Below, piece after piece: positions 50,001 to 59,352 of a stretch of 64,000 nt of DNA. The position numbers were made by a program, and so were the translations under genes. Each line of letters starts with the position of its first letter. Positions within the stretch are counted from its first letter, which is position 1. This stretch comes from Oscillospiraceae bacterium (GTDB lineage Bacteria; Bacillota; Clostridia; UMGS1810), in contig SVJU01000008.1 in NCBI GenBank assembly GCA_015068825.1, positions 276 to 64,275 of the forward strand, read 5' to 3'. The notes beneath the pieces are model-generated. The model made no database searches and was not told the DNA's origin. It worked only from the letters and a program-made list of their open reading frames with translations.

Positions 50001-51079
50001 ATTTTGCCCGTCACGACCCAATAAGTACAGGTCCTGACATAATGGGCTGGTGCGAATGGGAGTATTATGTTGCAACAGGCGATGAAAAAAGGCTTAAAGA
50101 TGTGTTTGATCCTTTACTTGCATATCATAAATGGAATATGGAAAACCGCACCTGGCGTGACGGAAGCTACTGGTCATCGGGCTGGGGATGCGGTATGGAT
50201 AATACGCCTCGTCTTATGAAAGGTTACGATGTAAGCTTTTCGCATGGGCATCAGGTGTGGATTGATACTTGTTTTCAGGCGGTTTTAAGTGCAAAGGTGC
50301 TTATTAAAATGGCAAAAAAGCTTAACCGGTATGATGAGGTTAAGTTTCTTGAAGATGAGGTTTTAAATCTTGAAAAAATCATAAATAATGAGCTTTGGGA
50401 TGATGATACTGCCTTTTATTATGATAAATGGAAAAACGGAAAGCTTAATATGGTAATGAGTGTGGCATCGTACTGGGGACTTTTGTCTGAAAGTGTTCCT
50501 GATGAAAGAAAAGAAGGTTTTATTTCGCATCTGGAAAATGAAAACGAGTTTAAACGCACTCATATGGTGCCGTCATTGTCGGCATCAGATGCTAATTTTG
50601 TTCCGACAGGCGGGTATTGGTGCGGTTCTGTGTGGGCACCTACTACATATATGATTTTAAAAGGTCTTGAAAAGCAGAACAAATTAAATCTTGCTCACAA
50701 AATTGCTTTAAACCATGTTGAAAATGTTGTAAAATGCTTTTGTGATACAAATACTGTCTGGGAAAATTATTCTCCCGATGAATTTGGAAAAAATTCTTCT
50801 AAAAGAGGAGATTTTGTTGGCTGGACAGGTCTTGTGCCTATTGCTGTTTTGTTTGAATTTGTTATGGGAATAAAAAGCAATGTACCTGAAAATAAAATTG
50901 TATGGGATGTTAATTTAACCTGCCGTCACGGTATAAAAAACTATCCTTTCGGACCTGATAAGACAATTGATCTTATTTGTGAAGAGAGAAAAAGCGAAGA
51001 CGAAAAACCCGTAATTTATAAAAGCAATAACGATGTAGAAGTATACATAAACTGGAAGGGCGGAAATTTTAAAATTTAG
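47054..51079 (+). CDS. GH42-like hydrolase with CBM4/9-like insert, fused in frame to an MGH1/GH63-like (alpha/alpha)6 hydrolase; probably 5'-truncated
   Basis: VANEPNF, FNTEDH and WQGAVHG (GH42-like); QTVKVKPKTTYVFGLWAK (CBM); FMWDSSF, WGCGMDNTPR, YWCGSVWAP and WENY (GH63-like). No RBS; frame open from 47006. Confidence 0.65.
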   Translation: MLITECNKKGLSVDYEIVNCATIEKFIDIMKEDFYVYNEFERANSYYEKLILLYEESYNNIQKYLDGTLEPKSVGEYVNNGINIEGNNVTSMMEKDNVLEKENIFLNGYGHFSYTVNDFDKFNNFGANAVSLGVKFYDVVTRKNPCENWNIYQRGVIEDYTVEMSSKEKLNGNYSLKITRSDEWANNKSFHVRQTVKVKPKTTYVFGLWAKAENVKDCHFSGHGLIDSNYGLSQRERHDLSGSYDWKNFEFTYTTGENEYLFELIIPCLNKTDALYIDDVYVKTLNSDENLILNSGFENAYQKDEEFSIYDGHLEKLICDLNYAYENRLAVNLGLGIHFMPEYIFEIYPDLKDENGTYPSYMGFNPTHPKIKEMITIFLNAVIPKIKGHPAIVGICVANEPNFQCFNTSYYEPLWQYYLENMYSGSIEDFNNNCDTDYEDFGDIKFSHAQDFTPLKYHLLRYNDTIMYEYLTYITQGVKNLAPNINVFAKNLPAIRAHGKKSLSHGIDIEKFVGVFDVNGCDAMHYIDHSEYPILAKMEWYDLLSSVEDLPVFNTEDHLTRDNYSLNSCEDIVLTSYADMWQGAVHGRRASIVWMWDRDKTKLEGVYLNSNMLVRPDIVANNGKLFLDMQRLSNELYALNNAKKEVGILYSYNSMVYEPSYLNSVYLAYTNALYLGQRPLFVAESQLDKLSDLKVLIIPEAISVFDKTYEEILKFKQNGGKLIIIGENSLSKNEFLKERNIEDIKQDITVIPTYETQNSEIANIEGLNESLKQAFEEEGLLNIKVINLEDGSMADDVEYTIGTLNGNTLINLCNYSYEEKEVYITHDGVNMENMVELISGKNIENVIKLEPYKPILIRYGYNTPFINKEAEDEDIKEYEKIKHLLPNPVIDGKDDIIKCYDKVWQIAFSNIKKPEKGSGFITNFIDTAFNGALFMWDSSFILMFAKYARRAFDFQKTLDNFYAKQHLDGFICREIRESDGGDYFARHDPISTGPDIMGWCEWEYYVATGDEKRLKDVFDPLLAYHKWNMENRTWRDGSYWSSGWGCGMDNTPRLMKGYDVSFSHGHQVWIDTCFQAVLSAKVLIKMAKKLNRYDEVKFLEDEVLNLEKIINNELWDDDTAFYYDKWKNGKLNMVMSVASYWGLLSESVPDERKEGFISHLENENEFKRTHMVPSLSASDANFVPTGGYWCGSVWAPTTYMILKGLEKQNKLNLAHKIALNHVENVVKCFCDTNTVWENYSPDEFGKNSSKRGDFVGWTGLVPIAVLFEFVMGIKSNVPENKIVWDVNLTCRHGIKNYPFGPDKTIDLICEERKSEDEKPVIYKSNNDVEVYINWKGGNFKI

Positions 51080-51143
51080 TTTACTTTTTTAAAATTTTGT
51101 ATTAATATAAATGTAATAATGTTATTTTGAAAGGGAGAGTGCT

Positions 51144-53087
51144 TTGAAAATTAAATTCTATCGCAGCAGCAAGTTGTTTGTTAAATTTTTCATATCATAT
51201 TTAATTTTACTTTGCTTTTCATTGACTATATTTGGTGTGGTATATACAAAATTCGAAAAAGACAAAATAGATTATTTTTACAAATATAATATTTCTATGC
51301 TTGAACAGTCAAAGCATATTATAAATAATTACATTTCCGAGGTAGAGCTTCTGGTAGAAAATTTTGAGTCAAATTCAGTTATTCACTCTTTGTGCAACGG
51401 TACAAGGAGTTTAGATGATTTTAAGAATAACAACTACATAGACTTAACAAGAATACTTTACGAGGTTAAAGCGCGTACTGAGATTGTAGACAATGTATAT
51501 CTTTACATAACGGGCAAGGAAATGGTTTTGTCAAGTACGGGTGTTTTGAGCGCGAAACAGTTTTACAATACCAACGACCAGTATAAAAAAATGGAATATT
51601 CTGATTTTCTTGCAAATTACCTTAACGATTTCCACTATAAAAAATTCTGGGGAACAGGAATATCAGGAAAGCTTGGCCGTTCATACATAACTTATTCTCA
51701 AAGCCTTCCAAGAGAGAATTATCAGAATTCTGAATATAAGCTTTTTGTTCAGCTTAATCCTGAATGGTTTTCCAATGTATTAAACCCTGTTGCAGGAGCT
51801 AATGATGCGCTTATGATGATTGTTAATAAAAACGGGGAAATAATTTATAAAAATAACAAAGAAACAAAAATAAATACAAAAAGCTTAGTCGGACATCTTT
51901 TTAAAAGCAGTGATGTAATTGAGCTTACCGATACAAAAGAAATGATTACATATACTAAATCAAAGGAAGATAATGGCTGGATTTACATTGTTGCTGTTTC
52001 AAAAAAAGAATTTCTTAGCGAAATTACCCAGTTTAAATATCTTATTTTACTTTTGTCGGCAGGATACCTTATTTTTGGGGTGTTTTTATCACAGCTTCTT
52101 TTAAAGAAAAATTACCGTCCTATCAAGCTTATGATAGATAAGCTCAGCAAAAATGCCGATGCGAAAAATGATTACCTTGATGAAATGGATTTTATCCATT
52201 CAGTTGTTGATGAGCTTGCGGCAAGCAACAAAGATATGAAAAATGTTATTACAAAACAGAGCGAGCAGATGAAAAGCGATGCTTTGTGGGATATAATATC
52301 AAACAATGTATCTTCTGAAAATATTAATTCAATGATTAAAAAATTCGATTTTGTATTTTCGCATGATAATTATGCAGTTGTTGTTGTAAGTGCAGGCGAT
52401 ATTGAAAATTATTCAGACGATGAAAAAAGTGTTATTTACTATGCAATAAATAATATGGCAGATGAGCTTGTAAGTACACTTTATGTTTACGAAAAACTTA
52501 TCGATACATCAGGTAATATGGTGTTTATTGTAAATGTTGATGATGATAATGAGGATGCATTTATAGAAGATACAAAATTTGTATGCACACTTTTATCTGA
52601 TGTTATGACAAAAGAGTTTTCTATTGGGGTGGATATAAGTATAAGTTCATTAAGAAAGGGAATAGAAAGCTTATCAAATTCTTATAATGAAGCGATTGCC
52701 GCTTTGGCGGCAAACAGCGGAAAAATTACCGATTACAGAGATATTCAGAACAATCGCTCACTTAAAATGATTGCTGATATTGAAGAATATATTGATGCTC
52801 ATTATATGAACAACAATCTTAGCAATACGGTTATTGCAGATGAATTTAACATTACAGGACAGTATTTATCGGTTTTGTTTAAAAAATATAAAAAAGAGAA
52901 TTTGCAAAATTACATTGCCCGTGTAAGAGTTGAATATGCAAAAGAGCTTTTGAAAAATAATAAATATACCGTTTTTCAGATTGCAAATATGGTAGGATAT
53001 TCAAATGACATTGGTTTTATAAGGGTGTTTAAAAAATTAGAGGGTATAACACCGGGTAAATTCAGGCAGATGCATTCAAATAAATAA
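51144..53087 (+). CDS. Membrane-anchored sensor-AraC one-component regulator (YesS-like)
   Basis: Two TM helices flanking an extracytoplasmic Cache-like region; C-terminal AraC HTH (YLSVLFKK..IANMVGYSNDIGFIRVFKK); GGGAG before TTG. Confidence 0.85.
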   Translation: MKIKFYRSSKLFVKFFISYLILLCFSLTIFGVVYTKFEKDKIDYFYKYNISMLEQSKHIINNYISEVELLVENFESNSVIHSLCNGTRSLDDFKNNNYIDLTRILYEVKARTEIVDNVYLYITGKEMVLSSTGVLSAKQFYNTNDQYKKMEYSDFLANYLNDFHYKKFWGTGISGKLGRSYITYSQSLPRENYQNSEYKLFVQLNPEWFSNVLNPVAGANDALMMIVNKNGEIIYKNNKETKINTKSLVGHLFKSSDVIELTDTKEMITYTKSKEDNGWIYIVAVSKKEFLSEITQFKYLILLLSAGYLIFGVFLSQLLLKKNYRPIKLMIDKLSKNADAKNDYLDEMDFIHSVVDELAASNKDMKNVITKQSEQMKSDALWDIISNNVSSENINSMIKKFDFVFSHDNYAVVVVSAGDIENYSDDEKSVIYYAINNMADELVSTLYVYEKLIDTSGNMVFIVNVDDDNEDAFIEDTKFVCTLLSDVMTKEFSIGVDISISSLRKGIESLSNSYNEAIAALAANSGKITDYRDIQNNRSLKMIADIEEYIDAHYMNNNLSNTVIADEFNITGQYLSVLFKKYKKENLQNYIARVRVEYAKELLKNNKYTVFQIANMVGYSNDIGFIRVFKKLEGITPGKFRQMHSNK

Positions 53088-53092
53088 GAATT

Positions 53093-53127
53093 AAAGGGCT
53101 GTTGGATATTATTACAACAGCCTTTTT
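53093..53127 (+). terminator. Intrinsic terminator
   Basis: GGCTGTTG-N10-CAACAGCC-TTTTT. Confidence 0.75.
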
Positions 53128-53201
53128 GTTGTTGATGAATAATAAACAAAATAGTTTATAAAAGATACTATTGTTTTTTGTGGTATTTTGTATTATAAGT
53201 A

Positions 53202-53251
53202 TTGACATAAGAAAAAATATATATTATGATTTCATTGGCAATCTAAATGAA
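53202..53251 (+). promoter_or_regulatory. Sigma-A promoter with adjacent palindromic operator candidate
   Basis: TTGACA-N17-TATGAT followed by TTCATT-N9-AATGAA (53231-53251). Confidence 0.7.
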
Positions 53252-53356
53252 ACATTTGTTACAGACGCAAATAAAAAAATGAAGGATTTTTTGTTGAATA
53301 TCTCTTTTTCAAAGTATTAAAAATAAATACAAAATAACAAATTTCGGGTGATGAAT

Positions 53357-54916
53357 ATGAAAAATATTGATTATGACAAATTTTTAGACAAGGTTCACGG
53401 ATGCTGGTATGGAAAATGTCTTGGGGGAGCGGCTGGTGCACCTTTTGAAGGTATTAAAAAGCTGATTGATGTACCTGATTTTACAAAGGTTATCAACCCT
53501 GATTTGCCTAATGACGACCTTGATTTACAGCTTTTGTGGATTGATGTTCTTAAAACAAAGGGTTATGAAATAACATCATGCGATTTGGCGGATGCGTGGA
53601 TAGAAAAATGCTGGTATCCGTTTTCGGAATATGGTTATTTTATGAAAAACTATATGCGTGGAATAAAACCGCCATACACAGGAATTATAAACAACCGCTT
53701 TTTCAAAGAGGGAATGGGTTGTCCTATCCGTTCTGAAATATGGGGTGTTATTTGTGCGGGAAATCCGCATCTTGCAAAAGAATATGCTTATCTTGATGCC
53801 TGCCTTGATCATGCCGATAATTCAGTATATGCCGAGCAGTTTCTTGCTTGTGTGGAAGCAATGGCGTTTTACGAAAGCGATATACTCACACTTGTTAAAA
53901 AAGGTATGGAATTTATACCTTCAGATTCAAAATTATGTGATGTATTTACTTTTGTTATGGATAGTTATTCAAAAGGTGAATCGTGGATTAATTGCCGTCA
54001 GAAAATGCTTAATAAATTCGGGCATCCTGATTTTACAAATGTTAATCAAAACCTTGGTATAGTTTTAATTTCGCTTCTTTACGGTGAGTGCGATATGCAA
54101 AAAAGCATTGAAATTTCGTTAAAATGCGGATTTGATACCGACTGTACCTGTGCAACTGTTGGTGCAATTATAGGTATTATAAAAGGCTACAAAGCTCTGG
54201 GCAATCTTGGAAATCTTATAAACGATTATTTTGTTTGCGGAATTGATGTTGTAAGAGATACCGAAAGCATTTACGACCTTGCAAAAGAAACCTCTGCACT
54301 TGCTCTTAATATGCCAGAAACAGTTTCTTTAAAAGCTATATATCCTACAAAAGAGGGGCTTGAAGAAAGTTACAGGGCAATTTCGCCTGTAAAATGGAAT
54401 ATATACGGACCTTATTACGACCAGCTTGATTTGCCTATGGACCCAAACTATCCAAGTCCGCACGGCGAAGGATGTGTGCTTCCTGATATTGTGTGTATGG
54501 TAAATAATGAGGCGTTTTTGGAAAGAGAGTATGAAAAAGGCGAAAAAGCTTTTGAAATAGAGGCATACGAAGATTTTATAGAGCTTGATGATTACATAAC
54601 TATGGAAGGTCAGTATGCTTGTCTTGCCGAAACAAAGGTTGTATCACCCGAAGATAAAAAGGTATGGCTTATAGTTGGAAACAGTGATGGATTTTCAATA
54701 TCTGTAAATGGTGAAAAGGTTTTGGAAAAAGACGAAATAAGATTATGGACACCATATAATAATTTTTGTTTGGTTGACCTTAAAAAAGGCGAAAATGACA
54801 TTTCTGTAAAGCTTTTAAAACGAACAAAAAATTTTGATTTTTCAATGGGCTTTAGAATTTATGATAAAAATCACTGGCATAAAACAAAATGGTGTACTGA
54901 TTTAATTTATGTTTGA
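53357..54916 (+). CDS. ADP-ribosylglycohydrolase-family protein with C-terminal beta-sandwich
   Basis: GKCLGGAAGAPFEG, NDDLD, GCPIRSE, GFDTDCTCATVGAI. Confidence 0.85.
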   Translation: MKNIDYDKFLDKVHGCWYGKCLGGAAGAPFEGIKKLIDVPDFTKVINPDLPNDDLDLQLLWIDVLKTKGYEITSCDLADAWIEKCWYPFSEYGYFMKNYMRGIKPPYTGIINNRFFKEGMGCPIRSEIWGVICAGNPHLAKEYAYLDACLDHADNSVYAEQFLACVEAMAFYESDILTLVKKGMEFIPSDSKLCDVFTFVMDSYSKGESWINCRQKMLNKFGHPDFTNVNQNLGIVLISLLYGECDMQKSIEISLKCGFDTDCTCATVGAIIGIIKGYKALGNLGNLINDYFVCGIDVVRDTESIYDLAKETSALALNMPETVSLKAIYPTKEGLEESYRAISPVKWNIYGPYYDQLDLPMDPNYPSPHGEGCVLPDIVCMVNNEAFLEREYEKGEKAFEIEAYEDFIELDDYITMEGQYACLAETKVVSPEDKKVWLIVGNSDGFSISVNGEKVLEKDEIRLWTPYNNFCLVDLKKGENDISVKLLKRTKNFDFSMGFRIYDKNHWHKTKWCTDLIYV

Positions 54917-54931
54917 TAAATAAATAATAAC

Positions 54932-54964
54932 AAAAAGGCTTAAACAATTTGTTTAAGCCTTTTT
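54932..54964. terminator. Bidirectional intrinsic terminator
   Basis: AAAAAGGCTTAAAC-aattt-GTTTAAGCCTTTTT perfect stem between convergent genes. Confidence 0.85.
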
Positions 54965-55784
54965 AATTGCTGTTCTTTTCTATAAATGAAGGGCATTTTA
55001 AATTTTTTAAAATATGACTAAATCTTTTTTCTTTTGTTTTATAAAAACAAGAATTTTTAACAATATCCAAGGCAAATTTTTCGTTGGCACTTTTTATACT
55101 TTTTTCAATTTCAGTTTTTTTAATATTGCAGCTTTCCATAAATTCCATTGCAACGCATAAAGCTTTTAAAATTTTTATGTTGTCTAAAATATCAATATTT
55201 AAAAAATTGCTTAATTTTGTAATATCCACTTTTGATGAGGTTAAAATATGAGGGGCGAGATTTTTAAGATATTTGTTATTTTCAAAAAGTGCATCTGATA
55301 AATTTGACAAAATATTTTTAAATTCATCAGGATATATTGGCAAAAAACTGCTTTCTTCGCCATTTTTCATAAAAGAGTAAATATCTTTTTTTATAGCCTG
55401 AGAAAGTCGGTTTTTGTTATGTTTATAAAAACAGGTATAGGTTTTTAGTTTTTCTGATAAAAATAAAGAAAAATTTTCGTTTAAAGTATCTGTATCATCA
55501 AAAAATAGTATAAAAGTATTTTTACATGCCGAAAGTATTTTTACTGCATATAAAATATCCTCATAAAGCGAAGATTCTTTTATAATGAGAAGTACAAAAA
55601 AGTTTTGCGTTATATCCATAAAAAACTTTGATATTTTTTCTTCACTTATACTGGCTGGCAAAATACAGGTTTCAAAAGGTGTTTTTCTTATATAAAGTGT
55701 GTTTTTGTTTTTTAAGAGAGTATGTTTTATGTTTATTGCATCATCATAATGTGTGGCTCCAAGTATGATTTTTGTTATTTCCAT
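54963..55784 (-). CDS. Hypothetical protein
   Basis: 273-aa ORF with GAGGTG RBS, filling the gap; no motif recognised. Confidence 0.6.
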   Translation of the reverse strand: MEITKIILGATHYDDAINIKHTLLKNKNTLYIRKTPFETCILPASISEEKISKFFMDITQNFFVLLIIKESSLYEDILYAVKILSACKNTFILFFDDTDTLNENFSLFLSEKLKTYTCFYKHNKNRLSQAIKKDIYSFMKNGEESSFLPIYPDEFKNILSNLSDALFENNKYLKNLAPHILTSSKVDITKLSNFLNIDILDNIKILKALCVAMEFMESCNIKKTEIEKSIKSANEKFALDIVKNSCFYKTKEKRFSHILKNLKCPSFIEKNSN

Positions 55785-55849
55785 AATCTACACCTCATAA
55801 AATATGTAAATATATATATTTTTTGACATAAAAATATATGCTGCATCGC

Positions 55850-55878
55850 TTGACATTATGTGTGTTTAGCCATATAAT
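55850..55878 (+). promoter_or_regulatory. Consensus sigma-A promoter of the glycogen operon
   Basis: TTGACA-N17-TATAAT. Confidence 0.85.
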
Positions 55879-55951
55879 TAATTTATATAACTATATATAT
55901 TTGTAGAATAAAATTAAGTAAGTCAAGCATAGTTTTAAAAGGGGGATATTT

Positions 55952-58027
55952 GTGTTAAATAAAATCACCGACGAAAAATTACGACTTTTTTTACAAGGCA
56001 ACTGTGATTTTGCTTACGAATTTTTAGGATGTCATAAAGAAAAAATAAATGGTAAAAACGGATATGTGTTCAGAGTGTGGGCTCCCAATGCACAAAGCGT
56101 GCATTTGGTCGGTGAGTTTACAAGCTGGGCTGAAAATAAAATTGAAATGCAAAAAAATTATGCGGGTATCTGGGAATGTTTTACAACTTTGCCAGAAGAA
56201 TACCATTCGTATAAATATCTTATCCAGAAGCCTAACGGCGATACTGTTTATAAAAGTGACCCGTATGCTTACCATACAGAGTTAAGACCTGGCACTGCAA
56301 GCAAGGTTTATAATATTGAAGGCTATAAGTGGCAGGATGCTGTTTATTTAAAAAATACAAAAAAGAAAAACTTTTTATCCGAGCCTTTGAACATTTATGA
56401 GGTTCATTTAGGCTCATGGAAAAGAAAAGAAGATGGAAGCTTTTTAACCTTTAAAGAGCTTTCTGATGAGCTTATTGGCTATGTTAAAAAAATGGGATAT
56501 ACCCATATTGAACTTATGCCAATTTCGGAATATCCGTTTGACCCTTCGTGGGGATATCAGGTTACAGGCTATTATGCAGTAACTCCAAGATACGGTACTC
56601 CAAAGGATTTTATGGCATTTGTTGACAAGTGTCACAAAGAAGGAATTGGTGTAATTTTAGACTGGGTTGGCGCGCATTTTCCAAAAGATGAAAATGGTCT
56701 TTATGAATTTGACGGAACCTGTTGTTATGAATATCAGAGCTCACTTAAAAATGAACATCCCGACTGGAATACAAGAATTTTTGATTACGGCAAAGGCGAG
56801 GTTATGTCTTTTCTTATTTCAAATGCGGTGTTCTGGATTGAAAAATATCATATAGACGGCATAAGAGTTGATGCGGTTGCGTCAATGCTTTATCTTGATT
56901 ACGGAAGGCGCGACGGTGCTTGGGAAGCTAACAAATACGGAAGTAACATTAATCTTGAGGCGGTTGAGTTTTTAAAAAGGCTTAACGGTGCAATATTTAA
57001 TAAAAATAAATCAGCACTTACCATTGCAGAAGAATCAACCGCATTCCCTATGGTTACAAAACCCGGTTATGACGGCGGGTTGGGATTTAATTTTAAATGG
57101 AATATGGGCTGGATGAACGATACAATAAGATATATGTCGCTTGACCCGCTGTTTCGAAAAAACAATCACGATACCCTTACATTCTCTATGACATACGCTT
57201 TCAGCGAAAATTTTGTTCTTCCTTTATCGCACGATGAGGTGGTTCACGGCAAATGCTCAATGATTAACAAAATGCCGGGCGAATATGAAAATAAGTTTAA
57301 CAATTTAAGAGCATACTATGCTTATATGATGGCGCACCCTGGCAAAAAACTTATGTTTATGGGTAACGAATTTGCTCAGTTTATTGAATGGGATTTTGCA
57401 AAAGGTCTTGATTGGTTTATTTTAGAATATGACCATCACAAAAAGATGCAGGCATTTGTTAAGGATTTAAATAAGTTTTATCTTGATAATGCACCTTTGT
57501 GGCAAAACGATACAGACTGGCAGGGATTTTCATGGATTGCGTGCGATGACTATGAACAAAGCATTGTTTCCTTTAGACGAATTGACAAAAAAGGTAACGA
57601 AATTATTGCAGTTTGCAATTTCTGTCCTGTTGAAAGAAAGAAATATCGTATAGGTGTTCCTGAAAAAGGAAGCTATAAACCTGTATTTTCTACCGATTCA
57701 AAAAAATACGGCGGTTTTGGTACACGCTTAATAACAGTAAAGAGCGAAAATAAAGCTATGCACGGCTTTGAAAACAGTATATCGCTTACTATTGCACCTA
57801 TGAGTGTTACTTTTTATAAATCAGTAAAAGAAGAAAAGAAAAAAAAGCTTGTTGAAAAAACTAAAAAAGAAGATATTGAAAATGGTTTAAAGACGGAAGA
57901 AACAAAAAAAGAAAAAAATACAAAAGCCGTAAAAAGTAAAAATCCAATATCTTCAAAAGAAAAAATGGACATGAAAAATGACCAGAAAACACCACCACGA
58001 AAGAAGGCGAATATGAAAATAAAGTAG
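55952..58027 (+). CDS. glgB: 1,4-alpha-glucan branching enzyme (GH13)
   Basis: FRVWAPNA, IYEVHLGSW, WGYQ, DGIRVDAVASMLY, AEEST, LSHDEVVHGK. Confidence 0.97.
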   Translation: MLNKITDEKLRLFLQGNCDFAYEFLGCHKEKINGKNGYVFRVWAPNAQSVHLVGEFTSWAENKIEMQKNYAGIWECFTTLPEEYHSYKYLIQKPNGDTVYKSDPYAYHTELRPGTASKVYNIEGYKWQDAVYLKNTKKKNFLSEPLNIYEVHLGSWKRKEDGSFLTFKELSDELIGYVKKMGYTHIELMPISEYPFDPSWGYQVTGYYAVTPRYGTPKDFMAFVDKCHKEGIGVILDWVGAHFPKDENGLYEFDGTCCYEYQSSLKNEHPDWNTRIFDYGKGEVMSFLISNAVFWIEKYHIDGIRVDAVASMLYLDYGRRDGAWEANKYGSNINLEAVEFLKRLNGAIFNKNKSALTIAEESTAFPMVTKPGYDGGLGFNFKWNMGWMNDTIRYMSLDPLFRKNNHDTLTFSMTYAFSENFVLPLSHDEVVHGKCSMINKMPGEYENKFNNLRAYYAYMMAHPGKKLMFMGNEFAQFIEWDFAKGLDWFILEYDHHKKMQAFVKDLNKFYLDNAPLWQNDTDWQGFSWIACDDYEQSIVSFRRIDKKGNEIIAVCNFCPVERKKYRIGVPEKGSYKPVFSTDSKKYGGFGTRLITVKSENKAMHGFENSISLTIAPMSVTFYKSVKEEKKKKLVEKTKKEDIENGLKTEETKKEKNTKAVKSKNPISSKEKMDMKNDQKTPPRKKANMKIK

Positions 58028-58149
58028 GAATTCCTTATTTGTTGTGTTTGGTAGTAAGGAATACAAATCTTAAACTTCAAGGAAAATGCACCAAGGATAA
58101 ATGACAGAAAAAGAAAAATATTTTTATCTAATTTGCGTGAGGTGTTAAT

Positions 58150-59337
58150 ATGCTTAAAAGAAGAAAAGAATGTATTGCAATGCTGCTTGCAGGCGGACAA
58201 GGCAGCAGACTGAAAGTACTTACAGAGGAAACTGCAAAGCCTGCAGTTCCATTTGGAGGAAAGTACAGAATTATTGATTTTCCGCTTTCAAACTGTGTAA
58301 ATTCGGGTATTGATACAGTTGGTATTTTAACCCAGTATCAGCCCCTTGAATTAAACAATTATATTGGCAGCGGCAAACCCTGGGGACTTAACCGAAGCTT
58401 CGGAGGAGCACATATTCTTCCACCATATTCAAAAAGCGAAAAGTCAGAATGGTACAAGGGTACTGCAAATGCCATTTATCAGAATATTCCTTTTATAGAT
58501 TTATTTAATCCTGAATATGTGCTTATTTTATCCGGTGACCATATTTATAAAATGGATTATTCAAAAATGCTCGATTTTCATAAGGAAAATAAGGCGGACT
58601 GCTCTATTGCGGTTATTGATGTTCCAATTGAAGAAGCATCAAGATTTGGTATTATGACAACCGATGAAAATAACAAAATAGTTAAATTTGAAGAAAAACC
58701 AAAAAATCCTACAAGCACAAAAGCATCTATGGGTATTTATATTTTCAACTGGAAAATTCTTAAAGACTATCTTATTGACGATGAAGAAAACGAAAATTCT
58801 TCAAACGATTTTGGTAAAGATATAATTCCAAAGCTTTTATCAGACAAAAAAGAAATGTTTGCCTACTCTTTTGACGGATACTGGAAGGATGTTGGAACAA
58901 TTAAAAGTCTTTGGGAATCGAATATGGACCTTTTAGACCCAAACAGCGGTATTGCTATAAAAGATAAAAAACAAAAAATCTTTGCACGAAATTATGCTCA
59001 GCCACCAAGCTTTGTTGCTAAAAGTGCTGATATTGAAAATTCGTATGTTGCAGAAGGATGCCTTATTAAAGGTAAGGTTAAAAACAGCATAATATTTACA
59101 GGCTGTGTAATAGACGAAAATGTTTCTGTTTGTGACAGTGTTGTAATGCCAAATACTCACATTTTATCGGGTGCTGACATTAAGTACTCTATCATTGGTG
59201 AAAATGTTATTATAGGTCAGAATGCCCGTATCGGCGATTCACCTGAAAACTATGGTGATAACTGGGGTATAAGCGTTGTTGGTAAGGATAAGTCGATAGA
59301 AGTAAATCAGGTTGTTAAACCTGACGAAATTATATAA
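58150..59337 (+). CDS. glgC: Glucose-1-phosphate adenylyltransferase
   Basis: [40 protein letters not shown]. Confidence 0.97.
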   Translation: MLKRRKECIAMLLAGGQGSRLKVLTEETAKPAVPFGGKYRIIDFPLSNCVNSGIDTVGILTQYQPLELNNYIGSGKPWGLNRSFGGAHILPPYSKSEKSEWYKGTANAIYQNIPFIDLFNPEYVLILSGDHIYKMDYSKMLDFHKENKADCSIAVIDVPIEEASRFGIMTTDENNKIVKFEEKPKNPTSTKASMGIYIFNWKILKDYLIDDEENENSSNDFGKDIIPKLLSDKKEMFAYSFDGYWKDVGTIKSLWESNMDLLDPNSGIAIKDKKQKIFARNYAQPPSFVAKSADIENSYVAEGCLIKGKVKNSIIFTGCVIDENVSVCDSVVMPNTHILSGADIKYSIIGENVIIGQNARIGDSPENYGDNWGISVVGKDKSIEVNQVVKPDEII

Positions 59338-59352
59338 AGGAGGGGTACGGAT

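Noticed and set aside
53231-53350. Long 5' leader of the ARH gene as a riboswitch
   Set aside because: Very AT-rich, with no recognisable aptamer or terminator hairpin.
58030-58062. ATTCCTTATT...AGTAAGGAAT hairpin between glgB and glgC
   Set aside because: Weak AT-rich stem with a long loop and no U-tract; insufficient for a terminator or ncRNA call.
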